Shown: positions 17,499-29,200, counted from the first letter of the stretch. The stretch is DNA of 64,000 nt from Lysobacterales bacterium (GCA_016721015.1 JADKJL010000008.1:32472-96471); one strand, 5' to 3'. Numbers and translations: made by a program. The notes: a model not told the origin generated them from the sequence alone.

Positions 17499-18753
17499 GT
17501 ACCGCCTTCAGGCCCATGCGCGCGAGGTCGGGGCGACGGCTCGGGGCGAGCCCGCCAATGCCGCCGATCTGGATCGCGATCGAGGAAAAGTTGGCGAAGC
17601 CGCACAACGCGTAAGTGGCGATCAAGCGGCTGTGCTCGGTCATCTGATCGATGTGCTTGGCCATGTCGACGTAGGCGACGAATTCGTTGATGACGACTTT
17701 CTGGCCGATGAAGCTGCCGACCAGGGTCGCATCCTGCCAGGGCACGCCGATGATCCAGGCGATCGGTGCAAGCACCCATCCAAAAAGCGTCTGCAGCGAG
17801 AACTCGACCGGGTGGCCGAGCTGTACGCCCAACCAGCCGTTCAACGACGTGGATGGATCAGCACCCCAGGCGTGCGTGCCGAGCCACTGCACCGGCGCGT
17901 TGAGCAGCGCGATCAGGGCGATGAAGGCCAACAGCATCGCACCCACGTTGAGGGCGAGGCGCAAACCGTCGGCGGCACCGGTCGCGGCGGCGTCGATGAC
18001 ATTGGCCGTGGTCTTCTCGACTTCGAGTTTGACCTGTCCGCGGGTCAAAGGCTCCTCGGTTTCGGGAATCAGGATCTTGGCCAGCATCAACGTGGCCGGC
18101 GCCGCCATGATGCTGGCGGTCAGCAAATGGGTGGCGAAAAAGATGCGCTGGCCCTCGTCTTCACCACCGAGCAGCCCAACATAGGCGGCCATGACCGAGC
18201 CGGCGATATGCGCCATGCCACCAATCATCACGGTCATCAGCTCGGACTGGGTCATGCGCTCGATGTAAGGCTTGATCGTCAGCGGGGCCTCGGTCTGGCC
18301 GATGAACACGCTGGCGCAGACCGAGGTCGTCTCGGCGCCCGACACATTCATGAACTTGGTGATCACCCAGGTCATGCCCTTGACGATCATCTGCATGATG
18401 CCGAGGTGGTAAAGCACGCCGGTCAGTGCAGCGAAAAAGATGATCGTCGGCAATACCTGGATGGCAAACACAAAGCCGAACTTCGACACGTCCATGAAGC
18501 CGCCGAAGATGAAATCCGACCCGGCACGGACATAATCGAGCAGCTTGACGAAGCCGGTGGCGATGCCGTTGAACACTTCGCGCCCAAATGGAACCTTGAG
18601 CACAAGGGAGGCAAAGACAATCTGCAGGAGGACACCGGTGCCAACCAATTTCCAGCTGATCGCGCGGCGATTGGCCGAGAACAGCACGGCAATCGAAATC
18701 AGCACAGCAAGACCGAACAGACCAAACGCGATATGGCCAATGGCATCTAACAT
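17437..18753 (-). CDS. nupC: NupC/NupG-family concentrative nucleoside transporter
   Basis: 438-aa polytopic membrane protein with CNT-family blocks (GFVFAIQVLPTIIFF, VFIGQTEAPL, ELMTVMIGGMAHIAGSV, CGFANFSSIAIQIGG). Confidence 0.9.
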   Translation of the reverse strand: MLDAIGHIAFGLFGLAVLISIAVLFSANRRAISWKLVGTGVLLQIVFASLVLKVPFGREVFNGIATGFVKLLDYVRAGSDFIFGGFMDVSKFGFVFAIQVLPTIIFFAALTGVLYHLGIMQMIVKGMTWVITKFMNVSGAETTSVCASVFIGQTEAPLTIKPYIERMTQSELMTVMIGGMAHIAGSVMAAYVGLLGGEDEGQRIFFATHLLTASIMAAPATLMLAKILIPETEEPLTRGQVKLEVEKTTANVIDAAATGAADGLRLALNVGAMLLAFIALIALLNAPVQWLGTHAWGADPSTSLNGWLGVQLGHPVEFSLQTLFGWVLAPIAWIIGVPWQDATLVGSFIGQKVVINEFVAYVDMAKHIDQMTEHSRLIATYALCGFANFSSIAIQIGGIGGLAPSRRPDLARMGLKAVLGGSLATFMTATIAGVLSLI

Positions 18754-18917
18754 GGGTGGTTTCCCTCAAGCGAGGGCCGAGGTTAGAGCACGCGCGCGGC
18801 CACGCGCAAGATGCATCGCAGCCGGACAGCTTCCATCCCCCCGCTGAGCGCAGCTTGTGGATAGAATCCGCCGCCAGTGCACGAATATCGCTGCACTCCC
18901 TTGCGCGAGCAGACGCC

Positions 18918-20126
18918 ATGTCAAAGCGATCAATCAGTCGAATTCCATATACGTTGGGCGCCGTCGCCAAGGCGCCTGCGGCCATCGTACGATCGACACT
19001 CGATGAAACATCCGGCCTGCTCGCGAGCAGCGGAGAATTGCGCTTCGGCCAGGGCCTGATCGCGACCATCATTGCCCTTGGCCTCGGTTTGCTCTGCCTG
19101 CTCGGCGTGCTCGCCTTCCATTTTCCGGAATACCTGACCACGCCGGAGCTGCGCCATCAATATTCGGTCGACCTCCTGCGCCAGGCCATGTTCATCGCCT
19201 TGTTGATCGCCGGCGCCTTGTCATTGGCGAATCTGGCGCTCGGCGTGCGCCGCAATCTCAACCTGCTCGCTTTCGCCCTTGTCATCGTCGCGGTCGCACT
19301 CGGTGGCTCGCGTGTGCCAGTCGGAAATTTCCCAGACAACACCCCTTACATCGGCCTCGACTGGTTCATTCTCGATCTGCTTGGCTCAACCCTGATCTTT
19401 GTCGCCATCGAGAAGCTGCTGCCGCTGCGTCGGGGCCAGCCGGTGTTTCGGCGCGAGTGGCAGACCGACCTCAAGCACTTTGCGGTCAATCATTTCCTCG
19501 TCGGCCTGATCCTGCTGACGGTCAACTTTGTCATCCATCGCGGCTTCGGCTGGATGGTTCAGCACGATTTCCAGCTCGCCGTGCAAAGCATCTGGTTCCT
19601 GCCGCAGGTGCTGCTCTGCATCCTCGTCGCCGACCTTGCGCAATACTGGACGCATCGCGCCTATCACGAGATTCCGTTTCTGTGGAAATTCCACTCGGTG
19701 CACCACAGCACCAAGACGATGGACTGGCTGGCCGGTTCGCGCCAGCACATTCTCGAAGTGATCGTCACCCGCGTGCTCGTGGTCGCACCGCTGTTCGTGA
19801 TCGGCTTCAGCGAAGCCGTTATCAATGTCTACATCATCGTGGTCGGCTTCCAGGCCGTACTCAATCACGCCAACGTCGGCGTGTCGTGGGGGCCACTCAA
19901 GTACCTGATCGTGACACCGGATTTCCATCATTGGCACCACGCCTCGGACGACGAGGCGATCGACCGCAACTACGCCGCGCATTACGCGTTCATCGATTAC
20001 CTGTTTGGCACGGCGGTCAAGGCCGATCGCAAGTTGCCGAACCAGTACGGCGTCGTTGGCGACTACATGCCCGAAGGGTTCGTCGCCCAGCAGATGTTTC
20101 CGTTTCGGGCCAAACCGTTGCCCTAG
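18918..20126 (+). CDS. Sterol desaturase / fatty-acid hydroxylase family membrane protein
   Basis: Histidine boxes WTHRAYHE, FHSVHHS and HHWHH. Multiple TM helices. The start is ambiguous (18756 or 18918). Confidence 0.8.
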   Translation: MSKRSISRIPYTLGAVAKAPAAIVRSTLDETSGLLASSGELRFGQGLIATIIALGLGLLCLLGVLAFHFPEYLTTPELRHQYSVDLLRQAMFIALLIAGALSLANLALGVRRNLNLLAFALVIVAVALGGSRVPVGNFPDNTPYIGLDWFILDLLGSTLIFVAIEKLLPLRRGQPVFRREWQTDLKHFAVNHFLVGLILLTVNFVIHRGFGWMVQHDFQLAVQSIWFLPQVLLCILVADLAQYWTHRAYHEIPFLWKFHSVHHSTKTMDWLAGSRQHILEVIVTRVLVVAPLFVIGFSEAVINVYIIVVGFQAVLNHANVGVSWGPLKYLIVTPDFHHWHHASDDEAIDRNYAAHYAFIDYLFGTAVKADRKLPNQYGVVGDYMPEGFVAQQMFPFRAKPLP

Positions 20127-20290
20127 CCGCCATTCCCTGGGCGCGGATCCACAGGGCAGGACGAGCTCCGGCTGCCAGAAGAACCTGGATCGACAGCGAC
20201 CCGGGCCGGACTGCCTGCTAAACTAGGCAGTTTGCCGGCCCCCGTCCGGCCACGCACTGGCGCGACAATCGGCGCCTCGAGGTTCATCGC

Positions 20291-23200
20291 ATGTCCGTCC
20301 CAGCCAGCTCGCTTTCGCCAGCCATCGATACCGAGTACACGCTCGATCACAAGTACACGCGCCGTGAAGGCCGCATCTATCTTTCCGGTGTGCAGGCCCT
20401 GGTGCGCCTGCCGCTGATGCAGCAGATGCGCGATCGCGCGGCCGGCATCAATACGGCCGGCTTCATTTCGGGCTATCGCGGCTCGCCGCTCGGCGGCTTC
20501 GACCTCGAGCTGTGGAAGGCCAAGCAGCACCTGAAATCCTCCAACATCGAATTCATCCCGGGTCTCAATGAGGATCTCGGCGCGACCATGGTCTGGGGCA
20601 CCCAGCAGACCAACCTTTTCGAGGGCGCCAAGTACGACGGCGTTTTCTCGATGTGGTACGGCAAGGGCCCCGGCGTCGATCGCTGCGGTGACGTGTTCAA
20701 GCACGGCAATGCCGCAGGCACCTCCAAATTCGGCGGCGTGCTGGCGCTGGCTGCGGATGATCATGCCTGCCGCTCCTCGACCCTGCCGCATGGATCGGAA
20801 CTCGAATTCGTCTCGGCGATGATGCCGATCCTCAATCCTGCAGGCGTCCAGGACATCCTCGACTTAGGGCTGCTCGGCTGGGCCATGTCCCGCTTCACCG
20901 GGCGCTGGGTCGGTTTCAAGACGATTGCAGAAACGGTGGAATCCTCCGCTTCGGTCAACGTCAATCCGCACCAGCTCGATATCGTCATGCCAACCGATTT
21001 CGTGCTGCCCGAAGGCGGCTTGAACATCCGCTGGCCGGATCCGCCGCTGAATCAGGAAATGCGCCTGCACCAGTACGCCGTGCAGGCGGCGACAGCGTTT
21101 GCCCGGGCCAATCGTATCGACCGCATCGTGCTCGATTCGCCCAAGGCACGTCTCGGCATCGTCACCACCGGCAAGAGCTACCTCGACGTGCTGCAGGCGC
21201 TTGAATACCTCGGCATCAGCGCACGCGATGCCAGCGAGATCGGCATCCGCGTCTACAAGATCGGCATGACCTGGCCGCTCGAACCGATCGGCATCCGCGA
21301 ATTCGCGGACGGCCTCGAAGATGTCATCGTCGTCGAGGAAAAGCGCTCCTTCATCGAATCGCAGATGAAGGAATACATGTACAACTGGACGACGCGTCCG
21401 AGCGTGATCGGCAAGTACGACGAGGAAGGTAACTGGGTACTGCCCTCGACCAACGAGCTGACCCCGGCCACGATTGCCCTGGTCATCGCCAAGCGCCTCG
21501 CACGTTTTTTCACGAGCGAGGCGATCCGCTCGCGCGTGGCCTGGATCCAGGCCAAGGAGCAGGAACTGACCCTGCCGCGGGCGAACTTCCCGCGTGCGGC
21601 GCACTACTGCTCAGGTTGCCCGCACAACACCTCGACCGCGGTGCCGGAAGGCTCGCGCGCGCACGGCGGCATCGGTTGCCACTACATGGTCACCTGGATG
21701 GACCGCAGCACCGACACGTTCTCGCACATGGGTGGCGAGGGCGCGACCTGGTGCGGCCAGGCGCCATTCACCGAAACGAAGCATATATTCCAGAACCTCG
21801 GCGACGGCACCTATTTCCATTCCGGTTCACTGGCGATCCGCCAGGCGATCGCGGCCAAGGTCAACATCACCTACAAGATCCTCTACAACGACGCCGTCGC
21901 GATGACCGGTGGCCAGCCTGTCGACGGCACCCTGACCGTGCCGGATATCGCGCACCAGATGCGGGCCGAAGGCGTTCAGGCCATCGTGGTCGTCTCCGAT
22001 GACATCGAGAAGTGGTCGCGCCCGGAGATCTTCCCGGTCGGTGTCGAGTTCGTCCATCGCGACGAGCTGGATGCCTTGCAGAAGCGCATGCGCGAGATTC
22101 CCGGCACGTCGATCCTGATCTACGACCAGACCTGCGCCACCGAGAAGCGTCGTCGGCGCAAGCGCGGCAAACTGGAAGACCCGAAAAAGCGTGTCTTCAT
22201 CAACACCCTGGCCTGCGAAGGCTGCGGTGACTGCGGCGAGAAATCCTTTTGTGTTTCGGTGCTGCCGAAGGCGACCGAATACGGGCGCAAGCGCGAGATC
22301 GATCAATCCGGATGCAACAAGGATTATTCCTGTGTAAAGGGTTTCTGCCCGAGCTTCGTCACCGTCCACGGTGGCGGCCTGAAAAAGACAAAAAAGGCCG
22401 GCCCGGGAGAAGTCGATTTTGACGGCCTGCCGATGCCGACATTTGCCTCGGCGCTTGAGCGTCCGTGGAACATCCTTGTCACCGGCATCGGCGGCACTGG
22501 CGTGGTCACGATCGGTGCCTTGATCGGCATGGCCGCCCATCTCGAAGGCAAGGGCAGCACGGTACTCGACCAGACCGGCCTGGCCCAGAAAGGTGGCGCG
22601 GTAACCTGCCATCTGCGCATCGCCAGGGATCCGGCCGACATCCACGCCGTGCGCATCGCCGCCGGTGAGGCCGACCTCGTGCTCGGCTGCGACATGGTCG
22701 TGGTCAATGACTACTGGGCACTCTCGAAGATCCGCGCCAAACGCTCGAATGTCGTCCTCAACACTTACGAGGCGATGCCCGGCACGTTCACGACCAAGCC
22801 CGACATGCAGTTTCCAGCTCAGAAGATCATCGATGCCGTGCGTACCGCGCTGGAGGGCGAGGAACCCGAGTTGATCGACGCGACCCAGCTCGGCACCGCC
22901 CTGCTCGGCGACACCATCGCGGCCAACCTGTTCATGCTCGGCTATGCCTGGCAGAAGGGCTGGGTGCCGGTCAGCCACGACTCGCTGATGCGCGCGATCG
23001 AGCTCAACGGCGCTGCCATCGAGATGAACAAGACGGCATTCAACTGGGGCCGCATGGGTGCGCACGACATCGCCGCGGTGCGCAGGGCCGCTGGCGTTGG
23101 CGCGGCCAAGCTGCCGTCGGGTGCTATTCCATTGAACTTGCCGATGCATCCGGCCAAGCCAGCAGCGAACGCCGAAGGCCTTTCCGCTCCGCAGGGTGCC

Positions 23201-23884
23201 GAAGCACTGGATGATCTCGTTCTCAGCACCTCGCTCGACGAGCAGATCGCCCGTCGCGTCGATTTCCTGACCGGCTATCAGAACGCCGATTACGCGAAGA
23301 AGTACAAGACGCTGGTCGACAAGGTTCGCAATGTCGAGCAGCAGAAAACGCCGGCCTTCACCAGCCTGACCCAGGCGGTCGCGCGTTACGCGTTCAAGCT
23401 GATGGCGTACAAGGACGAGTACGAAGTGGCCCGCCTTTACACCAGTGGCGATTTCGAAAAGAAGATCCGCGAAACTTTCGAAGGCGACTACAAGATCCAC
23501 TTCCACCTGGCTCCCCCACTGCTGGCGAAGAAGGATGCGGACGGCCATTTGCGCAAGGCCGAATACGGCCCATGGGTGTTCAAGGCGTTCCGTGTGTTGG
23601 CCCGATTGAAGGGCCTGCGCGGCGGCGCGCTCGATGTCTTCGGCTACACCGCCGAACGCAGGATGGAACGCCAGCTCATCGTCGACTATTTCAAGCAGGT
23701 CGATGAACTGCTGGCTGGTCTCGACGGCGAGAACCACGCGCTGGCAGTTGATATCGCCTCGGTGCCCGAGCACATCCGCGGCTATGGCCACATCAAGGAG
23801 CGCTTCCACGCCGACGCGATGAAGCGCCAGGACGATCTGCTGAGTGCCTGGCGCAACCCTTCGGTCGGTCGAAACGCGGCATAA
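20291..23884 (+). CDS. Indolepyruvate ferredoxin oxidoreductase family protein (fused alpha/beta)
   Basis: 1197 aa. N-terminus LDHKYTRREGRIYLSGVQALVRLPLMQ. Cys clusters CSGCPHN and CEGCGDCGEKSFC. GIGGTGVVT in the C-terminal half. Confidence 0.9.
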   Translation: MSVPASSLSPAIDTEYTLDHKYTRREGRIYLSGVQALVRLPLMQQMRDRAAGINTAGFISGYRGSPLGGFDLELWKAKQHLKSSNIEFIPGLNEDLGATMVWGTQQTNLFEGAKYDGVFSMWYGKGPGVDRCGDVFKHGNAAGTSKFGGVLALAADDHACRSSTLPHGSELEFVSAMMPILNPAGVQDILDLGLLGWAMSRFTGRWVGFKTIAETVESSASVNVNPHQLDIVMPTDFVLPEGGLNIRWPDPPLNQEMRLHQYAVQAATAFARANRIDRIVLDSPKARLGIVTTGKSYLDVLQALEYLGISARDASEIGIRVYKIGMTWPLEPIGIREFADGLEDVIVVEEKRSFIESQMKEYMYNWTTRPSVIGKYDEEGNWVLPSTNELTPATIALVIAKRLARFFTSEAIRSRVAWIQAKEQELTLPRANFPRAAHYCSGCPHNTSTAVPEGSRAHGGIGCHYMVTWMDRSTDTFSHMGGEGATWCGQAPFTETKHIFQNLGDGTYFHSGSLAIRQAIAAKVNITYKILYNDAVAMTGGQPVDGTLTVPDIAHQMRAEGVQAIVVVSDDIEKWSRPEIFPVGVEFVHRDELDALQKRMREIPGTSILIYDQTCATEKRRRRKRGKLEDPKKRVFINTLACEGCGDCGEKSFCVSVLPKATEYGRKREIDQSGCNKDYSCVKGFCPSFVTVHGGGLKKTKKAGPGEVDFDGLPMPTFASALERPWNILVTGIGGTGVVTIGALIGMAAHLEGKGSTVLDQTGLAQKGGAVTCHLRIARDPADIHAVRIAAGEADLVLGCDMVVVNDYWALSKIRAKRSNVVLNTYEAMPGTFTTKPDMQFPAQKIIDAVRTALEGEEPELIDATQLGTALLGDTIAANLFMLGYAWQKGWVPVSHDSLMRAIELNGAAIEMNKTAFNWGRMGAHDIAAVRRAAGVGAAKLPSGAIPLNLPMHPAKPAANAEGLSAPQGAEALDDLVLSTSLDEQIARRVDFLTGYQNADYAKKYKTLVDKVRNVEQQKTPAFTSLTQAVARYAFKLMAYKDEYEVARLYTSGDFEKKIRETFEGDYKIHFHLAPPLLAKKDADGHLRKAEYGPWVFKAFRVLARLKGLRGGALDVFGYTAERRMERQLIVDYFKQVDELLAGLDGENHALAVDIASVPEHIRGYGHIKERFHADAMKRQDDLLSAWRNPSVGRNAA

Positions 23885-24051
23885 ACAACGGAATAAGCTG
23901 CTTTATCTATTCAAAACAGCGCACGCGCATTTTGATGACCCAAGCGATCCTCTCACATAGCTCATTGAGAGGGTTATCATAACCCATTGTTTTTAGAGAA
24001 ATAAGTAGCTTTTCCTCGCAAGAATTGGGGCCATCCGATCACTTCCTCAAG

Positions 24052-24090
24052 TGAATAGATGTTTGACTATCTATTCAATAATCTATTCAA
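24052..24090. promoter_or_regulatory. Operator-like repeats of ATCTATTCAA immediately upstream of the HTH-HipA gene
   Basis: tgaatagat (24052-24060) forms an inverted repeat with atctattca (24069-24077). A direct copy atctattcaa lies at 24081-24090 and another at 23905-23914. All are inside an AT-rich 215-bp spacer. Confidence 0.4.
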
Positions 24091-24098
24091 TTGATGCC

Positions 24099-25478
24099 AT
24101 GAGTGATGACCGACTGGACCGACTGGCATCCTTGCTGAGAACACGCGGCCCGCAAGCAGCAGGCGTGATCGCGGATGAGCTCGGCATCAGTCAGCCCACC
24201 GTTTCCCGCCTGATTTCCGAGGCAGGCCCACGCATCGTGCGCATCGGGCGGGCACGCGCGACACGCTATGCGCTGGCCCGCGAGATTGCGCGCGCAGGCA
24301 GTCATTGGCCGCTGTACCGGATTGATGCCGACGCCAAGCCGCAAACCCTGGGCGAGCTCCACGCGCTGCATGGCGGTGCGTTCTTTTTCGAACCGAACAG
24401 TTCACGACCCGCCCTGGTGCACGGCGAATTTGCATCCGGACTTTTCCCCGGCTTGCCGTGGTTTCTCGATGATCAACGCCCGCAGGGATTTCTCGGGCGC
24501 AGTTTTGCACGCCGAGTTGCCAGCGAAATCGCTGCCCCGCAAGACCTCAAGCTCTGGTCCGTCGATGACATCGTGCTTGCCCTGCTTGGCCACGGCGACG
24601 ACGCGCCCGGTGACCTGGCTCTCGGCGAAACTTCGCTGCAGAAAGCCTTGCACGGAATCATCTCACCAGCCGATCGTGTTGCGCAGGACCAGCGCTCGAA
24701 CCGATTTCCGCAATTGGCGGAAGCCGCGCTGCGCGGCGAGGACATCGGCTCCTCTGCCGGTGGCGAACAAGCCAAGTTCGCGGTGACCTTGCAGATTGGC
24801 GCAAGCGATATTCCAGTCATCGTCAAGTTCAGTGAAAGCACGGAATCGCGGGCAGGACGTCGCTGGGCCGATCTCTTGATCTGCGAGCATCACGCCAGCG
24901 AAGTGCTGCTTGAATCCGGGTTACCCGCTGCGCGCAACGAAATCATCGAAGCAGAAGGTCGCGTATTTCTGCAATCGACCCGCTTTGATCGCACGCCTTC
25001 GCTGGGGCGGCGGGGCTTCGTGACGCTCGCGGCTCTCGATGCGGCTTTCTACGCCAACGGCAATATCGACTGGTGGCGACTCGCACCCCGACTCGCACGG
25101 GATGGATGGCTGAATGACGCTGATGCACATCGGCTGCGGGTGATCAGCTGGTTCGGACTGCTCATCGGCAACTCGGACATGCACCTTGGCAACGCCGGGC
25201 TGCACCTCACAGACAGTCGGCCGCTCGAACTCACGCCGGTCTACGACATGCTGCCAATGCGCTTTCGACCCGCCAACAGCGGCGAGATTGTCGAGCGCCG
25301 CTATGAGATTGCCTTGCCCGCGCCCGAACAGAGCAGCGATTGGCTCGAAGCCGCATCCGCGGCGCGGCAATTCTGGAAGCGAATCGCCAACGAACCACGA
25401 ATCTCGCGTCAATTCCGGGCGATCTCGCATGACGCCGACGCCACCCTTGAGCGTGCAATGCGCCATCTCGCAGCGTGA
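24099..25478 (+). CDS. yjjJ: HipA-family Ser/Thr kinase toxin homologue with fused N-terminal HTH (YjjJ/HipH-like)
   Basis: N-terminal HTH AAGVIADELGISQPTVSRLISE, then HipA-like blocks (GEQAKFAV, NSDMHLGNAGL, PVYDMLPM). No separate hipB-like gene is adjacent. Confidence 0.8.
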   Translation: MSDDRLDRLASLLRTRGPQAAGVIADELGISQPTVSRLISEAGPRIVRIGRARATRYALAREIARAGSHWPLYRIDADAKPQTLGELHALHGGAFFFEPNSSRPALVHGEFASGLFPGLPWFLDDQRPQGFLGRSFARRVASEIAAPQDLKLWSVDDIVLALLGHGDDAPGDLALGETSLQKALHGIISPADRVAQDQRSNRFPQLAEAALRGEDIGSSAGGEQAKFAVTLQIGASDIPVIVKFSESTESRAGRRWADLLICEHHASEVLLESGLPAARNEIIEAEGRVFLQSTRFDRTPSLGRRGFVTLAALDAAFYANGNIDWWRLAPRLARDGWLNDADAHRLRVISWFGLLIGNSDMHLGNAGLHLTDSRPLELTPVYDMLPMRFRPANSGEIVERRYEIALPAPEQSSDWLEAASAARQFWKRIANEPRISRQFRAISHDADATLERAMRHLAA

Positions 25479-25834
25479 TCCGGCTGGCCTGGCTGCGGCA
25501 GAATGCGCCACTCCTTGCTGGAATTGACGCAAGGGGTTCATGAGGGCGCGGTTGGGCGGCAATCGCCACACGGCAGAAGGCCTCCACTGAAACCACTGGC
25601 GTGTCATGTCAAATCGTTCCGAAGATCGCGTGCCGACCCGATGAATCACGATGTCCGCGCATCGAGCCGATCTGCTCTCATGTAGCAGATGGCGACGGCG
25701 AAGCGGCCGAAATGCGATCTCGTGGCAACGATCACATATTTGTTGGTGTTGTTTCGGCACATTGGCGACTGGGCGGGTGCGTGGCCAGCGCCCATCTGTC
25801 CCAGTCGGTTTTCCGCGTATCCGAGGATCCATCC

Positions 25835-26086
25835 ATGCCAGTCAAGTTCGACGCCGAGGAGTTCGCCAGCGCACTGCGCCAGGTCAAACCCATCGCGTCC
25901 GCATTGTCCGCGAATCCTCAACCCAAGGCTCCGCTGACCACCGAGGAGTGGCAGCAAAGCGAGGAATTCCGCCTGCGCCTGATCTCGGCCAGGACCAAGT
26001 TGAAATTGATGCGCGACCGCAGCGACGCCCTGCGTGATTCGTTGCAGCGATTCCGCGCGCAGCAAGGCACCGCCAACCGCGCCTGA
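25835..26086 (+). CDS. Hypothetical 83-aa protein
   Basis: gagga RBS 7 nt before the ATG. The sequence is helical-looking and charged (…EEWQQSEEFRLRLISARTKLKLMRDRSDALRDSLQRFRAQ…). No family recognised. Confidence 0.35.
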   Translation: MPVKFDAEEFASALRQVKPIASALSANPQPKAPLTTEEWQQSEEFRLRLISARTKLKLMRDRSDALRDSLQRFRAQQGTANRA

Positions 26087-26200
26087 TCCGCAGTGGTCCG
26101 CTGGCGTTTCCCGGGCGCCAGCCAGGCATGACTTCTGCCTCCCCGGATTTCCGGGTCGAGCAGATACAATCAAGCGATCAACCATGCCTTGGGGATCGCC

Positions 26201-29200
26201 ATGTTCGGACGCCCGTTGCTTCTGCTCGCGCTATCCTTTGCGAGCGTGGCGGCCATTGCCCAGGTTGATCCGCACGCCTTTGACCACCTCGACTGGCGAT
26301 TGGTCGGCCCGTTCCGCGGTGGCCGCGTGCTTGCCGCCGCTGGCGTGCCGGGACAACCGCAGCATTTCTATTTCGGCTCGGTCAACGGCGGCGTCTGGGA
26401 ATCCAACGATGCCGGCCGCACCTGGCAGCCGATCTTCGATGATCAGCCGATCGGCTCGATCGGCGCGCTCGCGATTGCGCCTTCTGATCCGAACGTGATC
26501 TATGTCGGCAGCGGCGAAGCCGACATGCGCTCGGACATCGCCCAGGGCGATGGCATGTACAAGTCAATCGATGCCGGCAAGACCTGGCGAAAGATCGGGT
26601 TGGAAGATTCGCAGCAGATTGGCCGCATCATCATCGATCCCGATGACGCCAAGCGCGTCTACGTCGCCGCACTTGGCCACGCCTACGGACCAAACACGCA
26701 GCGCGGCGTATTTCGTTCGAACGACGGCGGTGCACACTGGCAAAAGATTCTCGGCAAGGATGATGCAACCGGCGCGATTGACCTCGCTTTCGAGCCAGGC
26801 AACGCCAAGGTCATCTACGCGGCGATGTGGCAGGCGCGGCGCACGCCGTGGAATGTCTACCCGCCGGCCAGCGGCCCCGGATCGGGCCTGTACAAGTCAG
26901 TCGATGGCGGCGATTCGTGGAAGCCGGTTCGGGGCGATGGTTTTGCCGAAGGCAAAGTCGGGCGAATGGGTATCGCCGTCGCACCAAATCAGCCGAACCG
27001 CGTCTATGCCATCGTCGACGGCGACAGCGGTGGTCTGTATCGGTCGGATGATGCAGGCGCGAGCTGGAAACTCACGAGCAGCGACAATCGTATCTGGCAA
27101 CGCGGCTGGTATTTCGGCCGCATCACGATTGATCCGACCAACCCCGATCGCATCTACGTAATGAACACCATCGTGCTGCGCTCCGATGATGGCGGCAGCA
27201 CGTTCATTCCGCTCAAGGGCGACAACACCGGCGATGATTTCCACGACTTGTGGATTGATCCGGCCGATCCGCAACGGCGCATTCTCGCCGTCGATCAGGG
27301 CGCCCTGGTCAGCGTCAACAGCGGTGAAACCTGGTCGAGCTGGCACAACCAGCCGACCGCGCAGATGTATCACATCATCACCGACGATCGTTTTCCGTAC
27401 CGCATTTATGGCGCTCAACAGGATTCCGGCGCAATCGCATTGCCGAGTCGCGGCAACTCGCGCAACGGCATCACCATGATGCAGTTCAGCGAAGTCACCG
27501 CCGGTGGCGAATCGGGCATGATCGCACCCGATCCGCGCGACCCCGACATCATCTACGGCGGGCGCGTCGACAAGCTCGACCTGCGCACGGAGCAGACCCG
27601 CTCGGTGGATCCGACCCTGGCCGAGCCCGATATCTATCGCAACACATGGACCTTGCCACTGGCCTTCGACGCGCGCGATCCGGCCACGCTCTACTACGGC
27701 AACCAGAAGATCTGGCGCACCCGCGATGGCGGTGAACACTGGCAGGCGATCAGTCCCGATCTGACCCGCGAGAATCCGCCCATCCCGGCCAATCTCGACA
27801 AGGTCACCGCGGCCAATAATCTCGGCAATGGCCCGCGCCGGGGTGTCGTCTATGCGATCGCCTCATCGCCACTCAAGGATCAGCGCATCTGGGCCGGTAC
27901 CGATGACGGCTTGGTCTGGCGTACCGATGATGCCGGCGAACATTGGGACAATGTAACTCCAAAAGAACTTGGCGCGTGGTCGAAGGTCGGCATCATCGAG
28001 CCTTCGCATTTCGATGCCGATAGTGCCTACGTCGCGATCGACCGTCACCGCCTTGAGGATCGCAAGCCTTACCTCTATCGCACTCGCGACGCCGGGAAAT
28101 CCTGGCAATTGATCGTGACCGGCATCCGCGATGGCGATTTCGTCAACGCCGTGCGCGAGGATCCAAAGCGCAAGGGCTTGCTTTACGCCGCGACCGAACT
28201 CGGCATGTACATTTCGTTCGACGATGGTGACCACTGGCAGAGCTTGCAGAAGAACCTGCCACGCACCTCGGTCCGCGACATCGACGTGCATGGCGATGAT
28301 CTCGTCATCGGCACGCATGGTCGCGGCATCTGGATCCTCGACAACATCAGCGCGCTGCGCCAGCTCGATCCATCGTCTGCATCGGCGACCCAACTGTTTG
28401 AACCGGCCACGGCAATCCGCTATCGCGAGGCCGACTTCACCGGCACGCCCTTGCCGAAAGATGAGCCGATGGCGGCGAATCCAAAGAGTGGCGCGCAGAT
28501 TGACTACCGGCTCGGCAGCGACGCGAAATCACCGGTATCCCTTTCAATTCGCGCCCCTGATGGCAACGTCGTGCGCCAATGGACGAGCGCGCAGGCACCA
28601 GCAAAAGCCGATGTGTCAAAAATGGGTTCCGCCCCCGAATGGATCGAGCAGCCGACATCGCTGGCAGCTTCGACGGGCACGCATCGTTTTATCTGGTCGC
28701 TGCACTATCCGTCGGCGACGAATAGCAAGGATCCCTATGCCGATGGCATCTGGGCTCCGCCCGGCCGGTACAAGGCAGAGTTGACTGTCGATGGGCAAAC
28801 CTACGCGCAGAGTTTCACGGTCGTGGCCGATCCACGCGTCGACCTTCCTGACAGCGCCTACAAAGCGAGCTTCGCCCTTGCCCACAAGATCGAAGCACTC
28901 CAGTTGCAGGTCGGCAAGGCCAGCGAAGAGGCAGGCACACTGCGCAAATCGATGTCAGAAAAGCGTGCGTCAAAAGCCGGTGTCGCTAACCGGAAGATGC
29001 TCGATGCATTCGAAGTACGACTCAATGCAATCACCGGCAGTACACCGGCAGCCAACCCATTCAATGCCTGGTCGGTTCCACCGAAATCCATCCAGAGTCT
29101 GACCTGGCTGGATCGCGCACTTGGCCAGTTGCTCGCCGCCGTGGATGGTGCCGATGCGATGCCTTCGCCGGATTCGCAAACTGGATACGCAAAGCTTGCA

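Noticed and set aside
17357-17779. 140-aa minus-strand ORF ending ...GGSLATFMTATIAGVLSLI
   Set aside because: Its C-terminus is the duplicated copy of the nupC end, and the rest is an out-of-frame read through nupC. It is an artefact of the 80-bp tandem duplication.
24921-25832. 303-aa minus-strand ORF overlapping the 3' half of the HipA-like gene
   Set aside because: It is antisense to a gene with clear family motifs. The sequence is low-complexity and Arg-rich, with no recognisable domain.
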